From positions 5,004 through 69,003 of the forward strand of contig CAZGLY010000009.1 in assembly GCA_964526675.1 (NCBI GenBank): a stretch of 64,000 nucleotides of DNA, given 5' to 3'. Shown one piece after another: positions 63,503 through 64,000 of the stretch (positions are counted from its first letter, which is position 1; every line of letters starts with the position of its first letter). Under the pieces are notes generated by a model, which made no database searches, was not told where the DNA came from, and was given only the letters and a program-made list of their open reading frames with translations. Made by a program: the position numbers and the translations under genes. Source of the DNA: an uncultured Caulobacterales bacterium. GTDB taxonomy: Bacteria; Pseudomonadota; Alphaproteobacteria; Caulobacterales; Maricaulaceae.

Positions 63503-64000
63503 TCATCGCCGCCAGCGCGCCAGCCAGGTGTCCATCGCGGACGCCGCGATCTGATCCGGATCGGTCTCGCTCACCGCGGCGTCGCCCAGGATCAGCCCGT
63601 AGAGCAAAGTGCCATGTTCAATCATGCCTTGGAGCTGGCCGGCCATATGGGCGGGGTCCTCCCCCTCCTGCAGGTCGCCACGCGCCACCGCGCTCGCTAC
63701 GGCGTCGGCGAACGCCTCGGAGAGTTTCGTCTTCACGCCCGCGTAGAAGGCGTCGGCCAGTTCGCCGCCATCGCCGACGGCCGCGATCAGCATGCGCGCG
63801 ATGCTGCGCGTGCGCGGCTCCGACAACCGCCGCGCATAGGCGCACGCCAGGTCGGTTAGCCGCGCCAGCGGATCGGCCGACGACCGCGTCTCCCCTCCAT
63901 GGAACGCCTCGATGCTCTGCGCCGCGATGGCCTGAAACAGCGCCGTCTTTGATGCGAAGTGCCGGTAGAGCGTGGCCGTCGACACCTTCGCGGCCCCGGC
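63503..64000 (-). CDS. TetR family transcriptional regulator (N-terminus beyond window edge)
   Basis: The reading frame stays open to the window end. The HTH end STATLYRHFASKTALF lies at 63985, followed by a helical ligand-binding domain. Confidence 0.8.
   Translation of the reverse strand, partial: AGAAKVSTATLYRHFASKTALFQAIAAQSIEAFHGGETRSSADPLARLTDLACAYARRLSEPRTRSIARMLIAAVGDGGELADAFYAGVKTKLSEAFADAVASAVARGDLQEGEDPAHMAGQLQGMIEHGTLLYGLILGDAAVSETDPDQIAASAMDTWLARWRR

Noticed and set aside
1-64000. Other TGATCC / GGATCA occurrences, e.g. near 1008, 1542, 6658, 8047, 9789, 11275, 11590, 14700, 15134, 23671, 24130, 26408, 32232, 33871, 34106, 36736, 38221, 38532, 41811, 46694, 48164, 48952, 51735, 56281, 56768, 57538, 57600, 58983, 63551, 63589.
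   Set aside because: I checked each by eye and none has CGTA at a 16-nt spacing. Nearly all lie inside coding regions. They are not called sigma-E-type promoters.
1-64000. tRNA, rRNA, tmRNA, CRISPR arrays, IS elements or transposases, integrases and prophage genes.
   Set aside because: Visual inspection of all intergenic regions over 80 bp found no cloverleaf-like or repeat-spacer structures. No ORF has transposase, integrase or phage hallmarks. A tRNAscan or Infernal run would be needed to exclude small ncRNAs formally.

Overview
High-GC chromosomal segment, about 65-70% GC in hand-counted lines. Gene content and order look alphaproteobacterial: def-fmt, mfd-sdhE-recG, hldE/kdsA and a ChrR-type photo-oxidative cluster. 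I support 57 protein-coding genes and saw no rRNA, tRNA, CRISPR array, transposase or integrase. Most genes are housekeeping: fmt, def, rmuC, recR, fadD-like, zwf, gltX, nadE, hup, class II DAHP synthase, gor, mfd, sdhE, recG, hldE, kdsA, cysK, sseA, metC, ttcA, mce. Envelope and polysaccharide genes include a flippase-like protein, an O-antigen-ligase-like protein, an ABCB-type exporter, a LysM protein and a DegT/Gfo sugar-amination pair.

Four regions deserve attention.

1. 33.5-36.6 kb (top candidate for an undescribed system). An orphan ParA-type ATPase lies divergent from a gene fusing an N-terminal TIR domain (catalytic Glu retained) to a second intact ParA-type ATPase. A small overlapping ORF with a basic N-terminus follows. 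The fusion gene alone is a low-GC outlier (about 48-57%). No parB, parS or replicon genes are nearby.

2. 49.1-58.1 kb. Two convergent operons form a ChrR/sigma-E-type photo-oxidative stress regulon: class I photolyase, FAD oxidoreductase, DUF1365, cfa // SDR, Fe-S (6-4)-type photolyase, periplasmic protein, chrR. Three exact TGATCC-N16-CGTA promoter-like motifs precede them. There is no adjacent ECF sigma gene, and the ChrR has lost its N-terminal zinc (ZAS) ligands.

3. 10.5-13.2 kb. An unclassified P-loop protein is translationally coupled to an ABC-exporter-like protein in which every catalytic NBD motif is degenerate.

4. 13.3-15.2 kb. A coupled pair of a multi-pass membrane protein and a membrane-anchored vWA-like protein.

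All family calls come from reading motifs by eye. No database search was run.
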